Notes under the pieces: model-generated
Told to the model about the DNA's origin: nothing
What the model saw: only the letters and a program-made list of their open reading frames with translations
Database searches by the model: none
In this document: positions 1-11,400 of the stretch, piece after piece
Position numbering within the stretch: the stretch's first letter is position 1
Layout: each line of letters opens with the position of its first letter
Assembly: GCA_012295275.1 (NCBI GenBank)
Contig: CM022672.1
Coordinates: forward strand, 11,904,001-11,968,000
Source: Chrysomallon squamiferum
Taxonomy: Eukaryota; Animalia; Mollusca
DNA length: 64,000 bases
Reading direction: 5' to 3'
Translations under genes and position numbers: made by a program

Positions 1-949
1 AGGTTGAAAAATAATGAGAAAAGTTGCGATGGTTATTGATTTCAGAGTTATGTGGTAAAGATGGCAGATTAGCCCAGTATGACATGAAGCTATTTCTGTA
101 GTCCTCACTGAGCCCAGGTTCCCTCACACTTGATTAATTAATTAATAAGTAGATGACAACAAGGATAAGGGTGTTATGGAAAAAAGAAGAAGAAGAAAAA
201 CTGTGGAACTGAAAGATATTTAGAGGAACTGATTTGGTCAATAAGGGGAAGGTTAAGAATCTATAATGAATACCAGAATTGTTTAAGGGATGCAACAAGG
301 GAGATGTTTAGGAGAAGGAAGGTACATGATAAAATGAGTTAAAAAAGACAAGGAAAATATAGGAATGACAAACAGAGGATGCAAGATACAGGGTGAAATG
401 AAAATTTAACTGAATTGTACAAGGGAAAAAAACAGGGTAGGTGTTAAGTGGAAGGAAGGTAAATGATGAAATGAGAAATACAAAGAAAGTATAGAATAAT
501 TAAATAATGGGGTTGAGATAAATAAAATTAAAAAAGTCAGAATTATTTGGTATACTGATGCACTAGAAAAGAAACTGAGCAGAACATTTTAAAACTACAT
601 AATAACTGAAGAAATAAGTATTATTCTGTCTACCTTTCTCAAATAATATAATTATTAAAATACCATACTGTGCATTATGAACACTTGTTGGAACTGAAAA
701 TATCTCAGAATCAATGATGACATCCAGTTCTGGTGAACTATCTTTGAAGCTCTATAACCACTCCTTGGTTCTGAGTGACATTAACAATATTTTTCAGTTA
801 CCTTGATTCTCAGTGTAACACCAATGAAAAAGCAAATCCATTCCACTTTGCTAATTAACTGCATCAATAGCAATGTAAGGGACTGGTTTGGTCAATCATA
901 TTGGTATTATTACTATCATTATCATCGAAAGAAACAGAAAACTCGCAAT

Positions 950-1310
950 AACAACATTTTCATTTCCAGCAGAGGCCTCATCACAGGTTTTGATTTGTGA
1001 TGTCCTGTTTAAAGGCAGCGCCAGTAATGTTTTTTGCTACTGGTAAATACAGAAGATCTCTTACTGCTAACTGAAATGGCTCAAGGAATAGCATTTTTGT
1101 TTCTGGATAGTTTGATATAAAAGAACTCTTACTGCTGAGTTAGATAAGATAGTTAAAAAAATAACAAATGTGTCTGTGGGTGCTGAAAATAAAAGAAGCT
1201 TTTCTGCTGACTGATAAAAATAGCTCAAGAAATATCATTTTCTGTCTATGAAAAAAGAATATTTGCAGATAACTGATAAAAGTAGCAGCAGGTTTCATCT
1301 TCATATGATC
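950..1310 (+). mobile_element. Decayed tRNA-derived SINE (Nin-domain-like) with ~4 tandem copies of its central core
   Basis: A core of the type ATAAAAGAnCTCTTnCTGCTrA recurs at ~1051, 1119, 1191 and 1253. It is preceded by TTTCCAGC (963) and followed by GTAGCAGCAGGTTTCATCT (1282-1300), the same motif order as the other copies in the window. The family name comes from a recalled consensus, not a search. Confidence 0.55.
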
Positions 1311-3121
1311 AAATCAAGAAGCTTAAAGTTTACAGCTAAAACTGATAATACATAAATGTATTCAGGTTAATAAAAAAAAAATGTATTCTATAAATGGTCT
1401 TGTTTATGATCTTTATCTCAGAAAATAATATTACCAATGCACAACAGAACAAAACAGTACACAAAAACAGACTCAAGCATGAAAAACAAAATTTCATACA
1501 ATGTGACTTTAAAAATAAATAAATAAACAAAACGATAATAAAAACAATAGCACATAAATAAATAAAGCTTTGTGAATTCGTATCACTGGATTATCAAGGA
1601 GACTGTGTAATAAACATCTTTTCAGTTAGGTCTATCAACCAGAACACATATTAGTCATAACTTTGGTTTCTGGATCCGTTGCAACATAAAACACATAACT
1701 GAAAACCCCACTTCATTAAGCACATGACAAAAAATATATATACAAAAACGTGAAACCAAATCTCCACTACTTTTTTTGTTGTTGTTATCTGTTGTCAACA
1801 TCTGAATATACCCAATTATCTTCCACTTGTTACAAATGGTGTGAATAACCAAACTGTCTGTAAAAGCAGATAAATAATTAATGTTAGAATTAAGTGTAAT
1901 TTACGGAGATCTGCCAGATATCCTGAATGCAGTCAGTCAGGTTTTTACTCAGATGTATGTCCTGTGGATGATATAATTATCTTTACTTTTCTGTATTTTT
2001 ATTTTTTTTATTTTATTATTATTTTACAACTCCATCCGGCAGATTTATTTTCTAGTATTTACTAACAGATACCATATATTTAATATTTCTGATATGGCAT
2101 TTATTAATTTCATTATCTACTGTGTTACAAATATGTGATAAGTGCTGCAGATATAGTTCTTTTAACCATAAAAAAACACAAAACTCTGCCATTAGCAACA
2201 ATTTTTCCATTGCATTCACCTTCCCATTGGTGCAAAAGCAGATACAGCACAACCTTTGATAAACAATTGATTGCACACTGTTACATATCAATTATTTCAT
2301 AAGCAAAGCCAAATAATTTGTTTAGATCACATTGCTATGTGTTATCATCAGAACAAGAATGCATATTTACAATGGTATATGGTGAATGCTGGGAAAATCC
2401 AGGAACTTCTCAGAATGTGGTGTAGACAGTATTACTGTTTCCCCATTGTTGTGTAAGTCAAATATACTTTCAGAGGTTTGCAGTGAACTGTGAAAAATCA
2501 GTGTGAGTATTCTCAGGAGAAGTGATGGAACTCGTATAGAAAACAGTATTAGTTGTCATAAGCTGCTGAGGTCTGTTGTGTTATCAGCAATTGCTGTCTG
2601 AATTGAACATGTTTGTGATCTGTCTAGAAAAACACATAAATATAGAGAAGGAATTGATTTGTCTGCAGTTATGAAAATATTGTTATAAAGCAAAAAAAAA
2701 AAAAAAAAAAAAAAAAAATAAAAAAAAAAAAAAATGTAGATAAAGGTACAGTATAAAACAAATACATATTAAAATTAAGAAAATAAAATGTAATTTTTTT
2801 GTTCATTTCTTTATAATATTGCAGGCACACAGAGTTGTATTATTTTCATCCAATATATATACATCAAAACAGCCTATAACACAATAGGATAATAATAAAT
2901 AAATAAATAATAAATCTGTCAAACTAAAATGCACACACAGACAAACAGCTTATATATATATATATTGCAAATTAATTCCCTGAATCCAAAATGACCTTCA
3001 CATTTATAAATGCACACAAAACCTCAAGGCCACACCATGTCCTTTGCAACTGTCAAAAAAACATGCACAAAAAAACCCCACAAGTTATATTTATAATTAT
3101 TCTTAATTAAAGAAGAGACAA

Positions 3122-3588
3122 AGTCACAATAACAGGTTACACATATAACTATAAACAACAAAAACCTCAGTCACACTAAATAATTACCTATCACTAAAAC
3201 AGCTTACACACATAACTCTACAAGCAAAACCTACAGTCACACTAAATAATCTCCTATCACCAAAACAGCTTACACACATAACTCTACAAGCAAAAACCTA
3301 CAGTCACACTAATCTCCTATCACCAAAACAGCTTACACACATAACTCTACAAGCAAAAACCTACAGTCACACTAAATAATCTCCTATCACCAAAACAGCT
3401 TACACACATAACTCTACAAGCAAAAACCTACAGTCACACTAATCTCCCATCACCAAAACAGCTTACACACATAACTCTACAAGCAAAAACCTACAGTCAC
3501 ACTAAATAATCTCCTATCACCAAAACAGCTTACACACATAATTGCAAATAACAAAAAAAAAACGCCTCACAGTCACACTAAATAATCG
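3122..3588. repeat. Minisatellite, ~7 units of 63-67 bp
   Basis: CAGTCACACT anchor at 3168, 3234, 3301, 3364, 3431, 3494 and 3570. Central units are near-identical. Confidence 0.95.
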
Positions 3589-4294
3589 AAGTCTGAATCA
3601 AACTGAAAGCACACACAGCACTGGGCTAAGTGAGAGTGTGAAACAGGTGACAGTAAGTGGAGTAATTGGTATAGAAAGTATTATTATCTGCAGTCTGCAG
3701 TCCCTCTGCTGGCTATGCCGTTGTCTCCGAAGCTGTCAGGGTTAGGCTACCTGTCAACACAGATCTGCGAGCCCTGGCTTGCAGTCCAAGCAGTATTGAT
3801 TGAAAAGAAAGCCTGCTGCTTGTGCCTTTGAGCTAATTTACTGTAAGCATTGTAATTTTCTAGACTCTGTGGTTGTAACGGCAGTTAATAGTTGTTGTAA
3901 TCAAAGGTGCCACTGTCTTAAGATTAACACTGTTTCTGCTGAGTTATATTAAATTAATATTCATAAAATGTGCCAGTGTGTTTCTGTGTGGTTATATTTA
4001 TATTCATTAAAGATAAGAATATTTGTATTGGGTAATATTGCAGTTAATATTCACAAAACATACACAGTGCCAATGTACTGGAGATAATACCCTCAATTGG
4101 CTATATAATCATTTATTATTTATAAACATTCACACTGCCTTAATCTTAAAAATAACATTATTATCTATAGGATAAGAACTGTGGTCTTAAGGATAATAAT
4201 ATTTATTATTAATATTTATGAAAATTAACAGTGCTATACTTTTAAGGATAAATACAGACACACACACCATAATTATCCACAGATCCAAATATTG

Positions 4295-4382
4295 ATATAT
4301 ACACACACATATTCATGCATTCACACATATACATACATACATTCATACACACACATACATGCATTCACACAAACACACACAT

Positions 4383-4460
<78 letters not shown>

Positions 4461-4475
4461 ACACTCTCACTTACA
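4295..4475. repeat. Imperfect (CA)n/(CATA)n microsatellite
   Basis: Direct reading. Source of the HT-repeat ORF 4292..4609. Confidence 0.9.
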
Positions 4476-5329
4476 CTGAAACAGTACTGATCAATTCATT
4501 TCCAGACATAAACCACATTTTTCTAATGCCTCCGAATCCAAACCAAAAGAAGGTTTACCACACATCATTAAAAATATATATGGATTACTTGTCTGCGAGC
4601 AGGCAGTAATGGAAGGCAGGCTGAAAACTTTGAGTTGCTGCATGCAATGATAGGAAGAGTCATAAAATGCAAACACAACAGAGAACTACAATAATACAAA
4701 GACAGTCATGAATTCATTGCACATTATCAAAGAGTCGAAGATCAAAGCTTAATGTCTGGGACAACACTTAGCTGAAAATGAAGTCACAGTCTTAATCATC
4801 TCAATCAAACAGGTATATATATATATATATACACAAATACAGTTACAATAATAAAAAGGGATTTCAAACAAAGGAGAGAGGTTGTTTTTTCTTTTAAAGT
4901 AAAATTCGTTGAAAATGGGATATTGTGTAATGTCATTGTTATGTTATTATAGGAGTAGGAGAACTAAGGTTAAAGCAATTTAAAAAAAATATATATATAT
5001 TTTTTTTTACCTGTCTAAGGTAGACTGAGAATAAATCATAACAGTCTTTATTGAAAAGTTGTGACATTTCAGTATCATGTTACATGAAGAAACTAAAAAA
5101 AAAACTTGTTAAAAATGTTATTATGTACCTGAATAAATGAATATATATTAAATTTTAAAATCGAAATAAAACAAATTTTAAAAAAATTATATTTAGATCA
5201 AAGACGAAGATTCGATTTTATAAATATGTATTAAAATATTTTTAAAAATATTTGTTTATTGAATAAATTTTAAATAAAAAGAAACAAGTGAAAAAAGAAA
5301 TAAAAAGAAAGAAAAAAAACATCAACAAC

Positions 5330-5409
5330 AAATAATAGTAATAAGAACAACAACAATAATAAAAAAATAAAATAATAATAATAATAATAATATATAATAA
5401 TAATATATA

Positions 5410-5484
<75 letters not shown>

Positions 5485-5535
5485 ACGAACAAGAACAATA
5501 GTAAAATAATAAGAACAACAACAACAATAAAATAA
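5330..5535. repeat. (AAT)n/(AAC)n microsatellite
   Basis: Pure AAT run at ~5415-5480 with degenerate flanks. Confidence 0.9.
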
Positions 5536-6148
5536 CCAAGTTTATGTTACTATAATAACAACATCAGCTGTATTGGAAAATGTAACGTTCTGAATCTTTC
5601 TGCAGACATGTCATTATTTCCCAATATTACATTTTTATGCATACAACGATGTATCTGATAATGAGGAAAGAAATAAAACAAATAATAATAGGCTGTCTGG
5701 TGCGTTCTGTTAGACTGACAGACACATGCACTGACGTAGTGAAACACAGACCTGGGCAAATTCCTTTATATCAGTTCAAAAAATAAAAAATAATAATCAA
5801 TAAATTCTGCCACACTGCAGTATAACAGGCTGCAGCGAATAGGAGCTTTATTCTATTCCAATCTCAGTATCCAACAGACACCTGGCTTATGACATACTCA
5901 CGACTATTTTCATTATTTATAAATACTACAGAAGTGTTTGTCAGAAGAAGATACAGAAGAAGAAAAAAAGAAAGGAAAAGATTAATGAAGGATAAAAAGA
6001 AGAAGAAGAAGAAGAAAAAATGTCAAGTGAGGTTCATGTGTAAGAATGTGAAAGTCGAAAGCTAATGACAATTATAGGTTAACTTCCCAGATTTCCTTCA
6101 CCTTTTTATTTATTTTTCTATTTTTTATTTTTTTTTATTTTGATGTGT

Positions 6149-6162
6149 GTCACCATGGCAAC
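6149..6162. promoter_or_regulatory. RFX X-box motif GTCACCATGGCAAC
   Basis: Exact fit to the X-box consensus GTNRCCATGGYAAC. Function is not shown. Confidence 0.4.
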
Positions 6163-6852
6163 AAAATGAAGGAAAGATTGTCACTGGCTGAATGGAGTAA
6201 GTAGATAAAAGAAGCATTAAAATGGATTTCGGTTGATATTGAGCCAAAGAATAATAGAATTTGTTTTTTGTTGCATTTTTTTTTCTTTCTCTCTTTCTCT
6301 TCTTTCGATAAATTGCTTCACACTAAAGTCTGGTGTAAACTCTGCCATCATGGTCAATAAATAATCAACATGGCTGATACATGCAAAGCTTTAGATTCAT
6401 ATGAGACCCACATTTTTTCCTAAAGGGCAGACAACTATCGCATCTTTTTTTTTTTTTTTTTTTTTTTTTTCCTCCTCTGGATCATTACCACCATCTTCAT
6501 TTTGCAATTATTGGCCACAAAAATATCCAAAGGCAAATTAAAGAAATTAACAATCTATTTTGAGCAGCACTCAGGAAGTATCAATGGTCACTTGTCAATC
6601 AGGGCAAGGGAACCGCAGCTCATAAACATACGTTAATGTCCCCTGAAATCAGGCATTAGCAAATATTACTGCATTTAAATTGGCATACACAGAATCGGTG
6701 GATAGGCAAAACACCAGTTAGAGAATACTAATGGTGTATTATCCATGTTAATGTCAAAAGATTCCATGGGCCATGCCAACAGTCAGGTTTGGAAGATAGA
6801 TTGGTTACCGATTCAAGGTTATTCTGTGGTGTATTGGATTATCTGCATGAAA

Positions 6853-6853
<1 letters not shown>

Positions 6854-6897
<44 letters not shown>

Positions 6898-7188
6898 TTG
6901 TGTATTAATTGTAACAGACTTTCATTTGAAATGATAATAAGAGTAGTAATAACAATAATAACAACAACCTTTGTGATAATAATTAATAGAGATAATAATA
7001 ATAATAGTAATGATAATAACAACAATAGTGATAATAATGATGATGATGCTGTTGATGATGATGATGATGATAATGATAATTGTAATAATACAAGTAATTT
7101 AAAAAAATAATAATTAGTTGAATTTTTCAATGTGTTCAATGAATAAAATTGAGAAAATAGATACACACAAACCATTTATTTTTGTATA

Positions 7189-7221
<33 letters not shown>

Positions 7222-7260
7222 TCATAATAATAGCAATAGCAATAATATTAACATAATAAT
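6854..7260. repeat. (CA)n followed by compound (AAT/GAT)n microsatellites
   Basis: CA run 6854-6893; AAT/GAT runs ~6930-7090 and ~7190-7260. Confidence 0.9.
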
Positions 7261-7309
7261 TCACCTAACATAAAATATCAGTACAAAAATTACAACTATT
7301 AAACATAAA

Positions 7310-7770
7310 TAAATATATTTCTGTTACCATATTACATAAGAACTTAAAAATCCCATTAATAATAATACTCTCATTCCAACTCTTGTTAATATCATTTTCC
7401 CAACCTTTCCCAATTTAATAAAACATCATTCAATATAAAACCAAACCAACACAGTCATAAATAAAATAAAAAAATTATCACCAAATTACAACCAATTACA
7501 TAACATTTTTAAAAATCTCATCAAAAACAACCATCTCTTTCCACATCTCATTAGCATCACTATTTCAGTTCGACCAAATTTAGCAGAAATTCCTTTAACG
7601 CAAGAACCAAAAACCACCATAAATAGAATATATTTTTATTGCCAGATTACAAACAATTACATAACAACTTAAAAATCTCGTTAAAACATTAACTCTCTCA
7701 GACCATCTCTTGTTGATACCATTATCTCCATATGACCCAGTTTAATGAAACATTCCTTCAGTCACATCGC
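7310..7770. repeat. Old degenerate tandem repeat, 3 units of ~162 bp
   Basis: ATTACATAA...TTAAAAATCyC anchor at ~7331, 7495 and 7657, with collinear downstream similarity. Confidence 0.7.
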
Positions 7771-8065
7771 CCTGGATCAAACAAATCAATGAGAATTATT
7801 TCTACCTGGAAGCGTTTTACCTGCTGATTACCTGAACGACGTCTCTTTACCTTGGTGTGTTCTACCAGCATGGTTGTTTATGAGGGAGGGAGGGAGGGAG
7901 GGATACAGGATGGCTCAGTGGTAACCCAGCCATCTTGATCATCTGATATGATAAGGGTAAATGAGATTTTACACATCATTAACTTTTATATCCTATAGAA
8001 AGCTGCTGGTTCTGTGGTACTGTTACAGTGACTGATATAGAACTGGACAATACGAGGTTGTGTGG

Positions 8066-8095
8066 TCAGAGAGAGAGAGAGATAGAGAGACAGAC

Positions 8096-8146
<51 letters not shown>

Positions 8147-8407
8147 GACAGAGAGAAAGAGACAGAGAGAGACAGAGAGAGAGACAGAGTGAGACAGACA
8201 GAGACAGAGAGAGAGAGAGAGATAGAGAGACAGACAGAGACAGAGAGAAAGAGACAGAGAGAGAGAGAGACAGAGAGAGAGACAGAGTGAGACAGACAGA
8301 GACAGAGAGAGAGAGAGAAAGAGAGATAGAGAGACAGACAGAGACAGAGAGAAAGAGACAGAGAGAGAGACAGAGAGAGACAGACAGAGAGACAGACAGA
8401 GACAGAC

Positions 8408-8484
<77 letters not shown>

Positions 8485-8657
8485 CAGAGAGAGAGAGAGA
8501 GATAGAGAGACAGACAGAGACAGACAGAGAGAGATAGAGAGACATACAGAGACAGAGAGAAAGAGACAGAGAGAGACAGACAGAGACAGAGAGAGAGATA
8601 GAGAGACAGACAGAGACAGAGGGAAAGAGACAGAGAGAGACAGAGTGAGACAGACAG

Positions 8658-8726
<69 letters not shown>

Positions 8727-8848
8727 TAGAGACAGACAGAGACAGAGAGAAAGAGACAGAGAGAGAGACAGAGAGAGAGACAGAGTGAGACAGACAGAGA
8801 CAGACAGAGACAGAGAGAGAGAGAGAGAGAAAGAGAAAGAAAGAGAGA
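8066..8848. repeat. Compound (GA)n/(GACA)n microsatellite, ~780 bp
   Basis: Direct reading. It generates the SL- and RE-repeat ORFs at 8023-8866. Confidence 0.97.
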
Positions 8849-10084
8849 GTTAATTGCATTAATCAATTAATTAAATTAATTAATTAAACAACAAAACAGA
8901 AGAAGCTATTAAACCAAATTTACCATAAATAAATAAATAAATAAAATTAATTTACCGACATAAATAACTCCAAATATTTTCACACATTCTAGAGAAAATC
9001 CTTGCACAAATCTTAAGAAATTTAATTAAAACATTCTGCAAACATCTGGTGTTACTAATTCTTGTATACCATATGTCTGAAACTCCCTTCTGTTTGACAT
9101 TTAATATCAGTTGACTAAATAATGTAATGGGGTGTAAATATATACACTCAGATATTGCTAGATATTTACGTATGTACCCTACCTCTAGTTTATCAACACA
9201 TCAAAGCGGTGTATGTATAACTGTGTTTTTGTTTACAGTTCGTGTGTCACACATTCTAATTTTAGTCTTATAAACAGATAGAGGTGTTATAAAAAATTTG
9301 TTATGAATCATATTCTTGACTGTTGTTTTAAATCGTGCATTTCAAAAAAAAAAAAAAAAAAAAAAAAACAAAAAAACAAACAAATAGAGAGTAATAATGA
9401 TAAACCTGTAAACAACAGGTTTTGAATCCAGTACCATGCAGAAATGTTGTAGCTGAAATCATAAGCAAATACTTAAAAAATATATTTAATCAAATTAAAA
9501 AAAAATTACTGATATACATTACACATTTTAATTAATTAATTATGCTATCATGAATAAATTACTAACAAACACGGTTGATGAATAAATTATTCGTAATTTT
9601 AATAACACCTGTACAGGTTTTAATTTTGATCTTTGTTAGATGGAATTAACTAAAATGTCACATTGAAATGGAACGCTGAATTGACAGTAATTAACTGTAA
9701 AGGCATGCACATGCATTAATACACTTGTCTGCATGTTCATGTGTATAAGCATAAAGTTGTGTACACTGGTTTGGTATCTGGTTAAAACAAACAGAAAAAC
9801 AAAAAAAAGGATTGTTTATTAAAACTGTAGCTATTTTCAATGACGGCACATGCAGATATATGTTTCATTTAATCTAATTGTGAGGAAAACAGCTGCAGAT
9901 GAATATTGATTATGTAAACTCAGCAGACAGCTGATAGTCTGTGAGTGCTGCTGTACATCATCACTACCAAAACTGAAGTTTATTTCTTCTCCATTAAACA
10001 CTGCATTCTCGTGTCTCTGATGATTACTTATTAAACTGAACTGAATTTTTCCCATTCTAAATAATGCTCCTTGAAAAGAAAATT

Positions 10085-10373
10085 ACATCTCACATGGTTA
10101 GAGACACGATGGTTACAGGATCATCATCATCATCATCATCGTTAGTGTACCCACTGGGTTATTTCCAATTCCAGCCAAAGCTCCAAAACTGTTTGAAAAA
10201 TAGATAAAATGCCATTCATTCCTGTTTATCAGAAAGTAGTTATCATAGAGATCTTATTGATAATAGGGAAAAGAGATTGTTTTTCCTGTATCAGAAATAG
10301 AATTTGACTTTTAACAGCCAGTTGTAGGAATTTAGTGTGATTTAGTTTTTGTTGTTTAATAAAACAGACTTTT
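10085..10373 (+). mobile_element. Decayed tRNA-derived SINE (Nin-like)
   Basis: CCCACTGGGTTATTTCCAATTCCAGCC, then CCTGT, GAGATCTTATTG and a 3' tail TTTAATAAAACAGACTTTT, in the same order as the other copies. Confidence 0.55.
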
Positions 10374-11039
10374 AGTCAGCCATATCAGATTGGTGTTGAA
10401 GAATTCTATGTGTGTGTGCATATCAAAAGTAACTATCTTTGACATAATAAGGAATGTATTCTGATGAAATCTGTTATGCATCTACATGCCACTGTCTAAA
10501 ACAGAATCTTCATGATGGCACTATGCCCATATCAGTGTTAGTTGAAGCAGTCAGTATCATGGTTTGATCTTGCAGCCAATGGCTTTAGATTATTTGGATG
10601 TGTTGATTATATGGAAATTTTAATTCAGATTGTTAAAATATTATTATATTTTTTAGCATGAAATATTAAATAATAATAATGGTATTAATAATTACAATAC
10701 AAAAATGATGATAATAATTATAACAGTAACAAAAACATTAACAACAACAATGATAATATTAATCTTTTTTTTTTTTTTTTTTTTCATCAATTTCAGCCTT
10801 TAATACAATTAAAGTGCAATTCTTTCTGCTTAAATACAGAAATAAATAACCAAAAAGTTTCCTTAAATAGTGTAACAAATTAATCCCTGTTCCCATCCCT
10901 TCAGCAAACTGAGACAAATAATGATAAACCTATAAATAACAGTTTTTGAATCCAATACCACATCAAAGTGTGCTAACCAAAATCCTGTTGAGTCTGGCTG
11001 TACAAAAACAAATTCATTCCAGTGATCAATACACCATCA

Positions 11040-11400
11040 AGCACGGAATTGTGCGGCCTCAGCGACTTGTGGCAATGGCGAGATCTACGAAAAACCATTA
11101 CGTGTAAGTCAAATAATTAGTTTGGCCAAAACGAAATCCCGATGAAACCCAGAGTCATTTCCTGATTTTTTCAATGGACGATTGTGATTTTTATTACAGA
11201 ACCAAACACAATGGAAGAAGAGAATGAAGATGGGGGGATGTGGAACGGATGTGTCGTGCAGAAAGTAACTGTTGATTTAATTAGTGTACAGGTGCTGTGC
11301 GAAATGTCCGCTAACTGTTGCGTTCTGATTGAATTTCCACGTCGGTGGACTGTTCACGCCATTTTTGTTATCAGATTCGCTGCTCAGCAGACTTCTGATA
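11040..11400. promoter_or_regulatory. CpG-retaining island, candidate enhancer or alternative promoter
   Basis: 18 CpG counted in ~350 bp, against very few in the flanking kilobases. Unique sequence with no credible ORF. Confidence 0.45.

Noticed and set aside
1600-2630. Minus-strand acceptor-like sites at ~2624 (TTTTTCTAG) and ~1859 (CTTTTACAG) suggesting exons
   Set aside because: The upstream segment has stops in all frames, the donors are weak, and no poly(A) signal follows. A non-coding exon cannot be excluded but is unsupported.
7905-7960. tRNA-like A-box GGCTCAGTGGTAA; also B-box-like motifs near 61708 and 63372
   Set aside because: No cloverleaf or paired box at the right spacing. 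At most these are SINE-head debris, not tRNA genes.
8023-8866. Longest ORFs (278 aa and 266 aa SL-repeat, plus RE-repeat ORFs) and similar HT, CV, poly-I and poly-Y ORFs elsewhere
   Set aside because: They are translations of stop-free microsatellites with no splice context or domain content.
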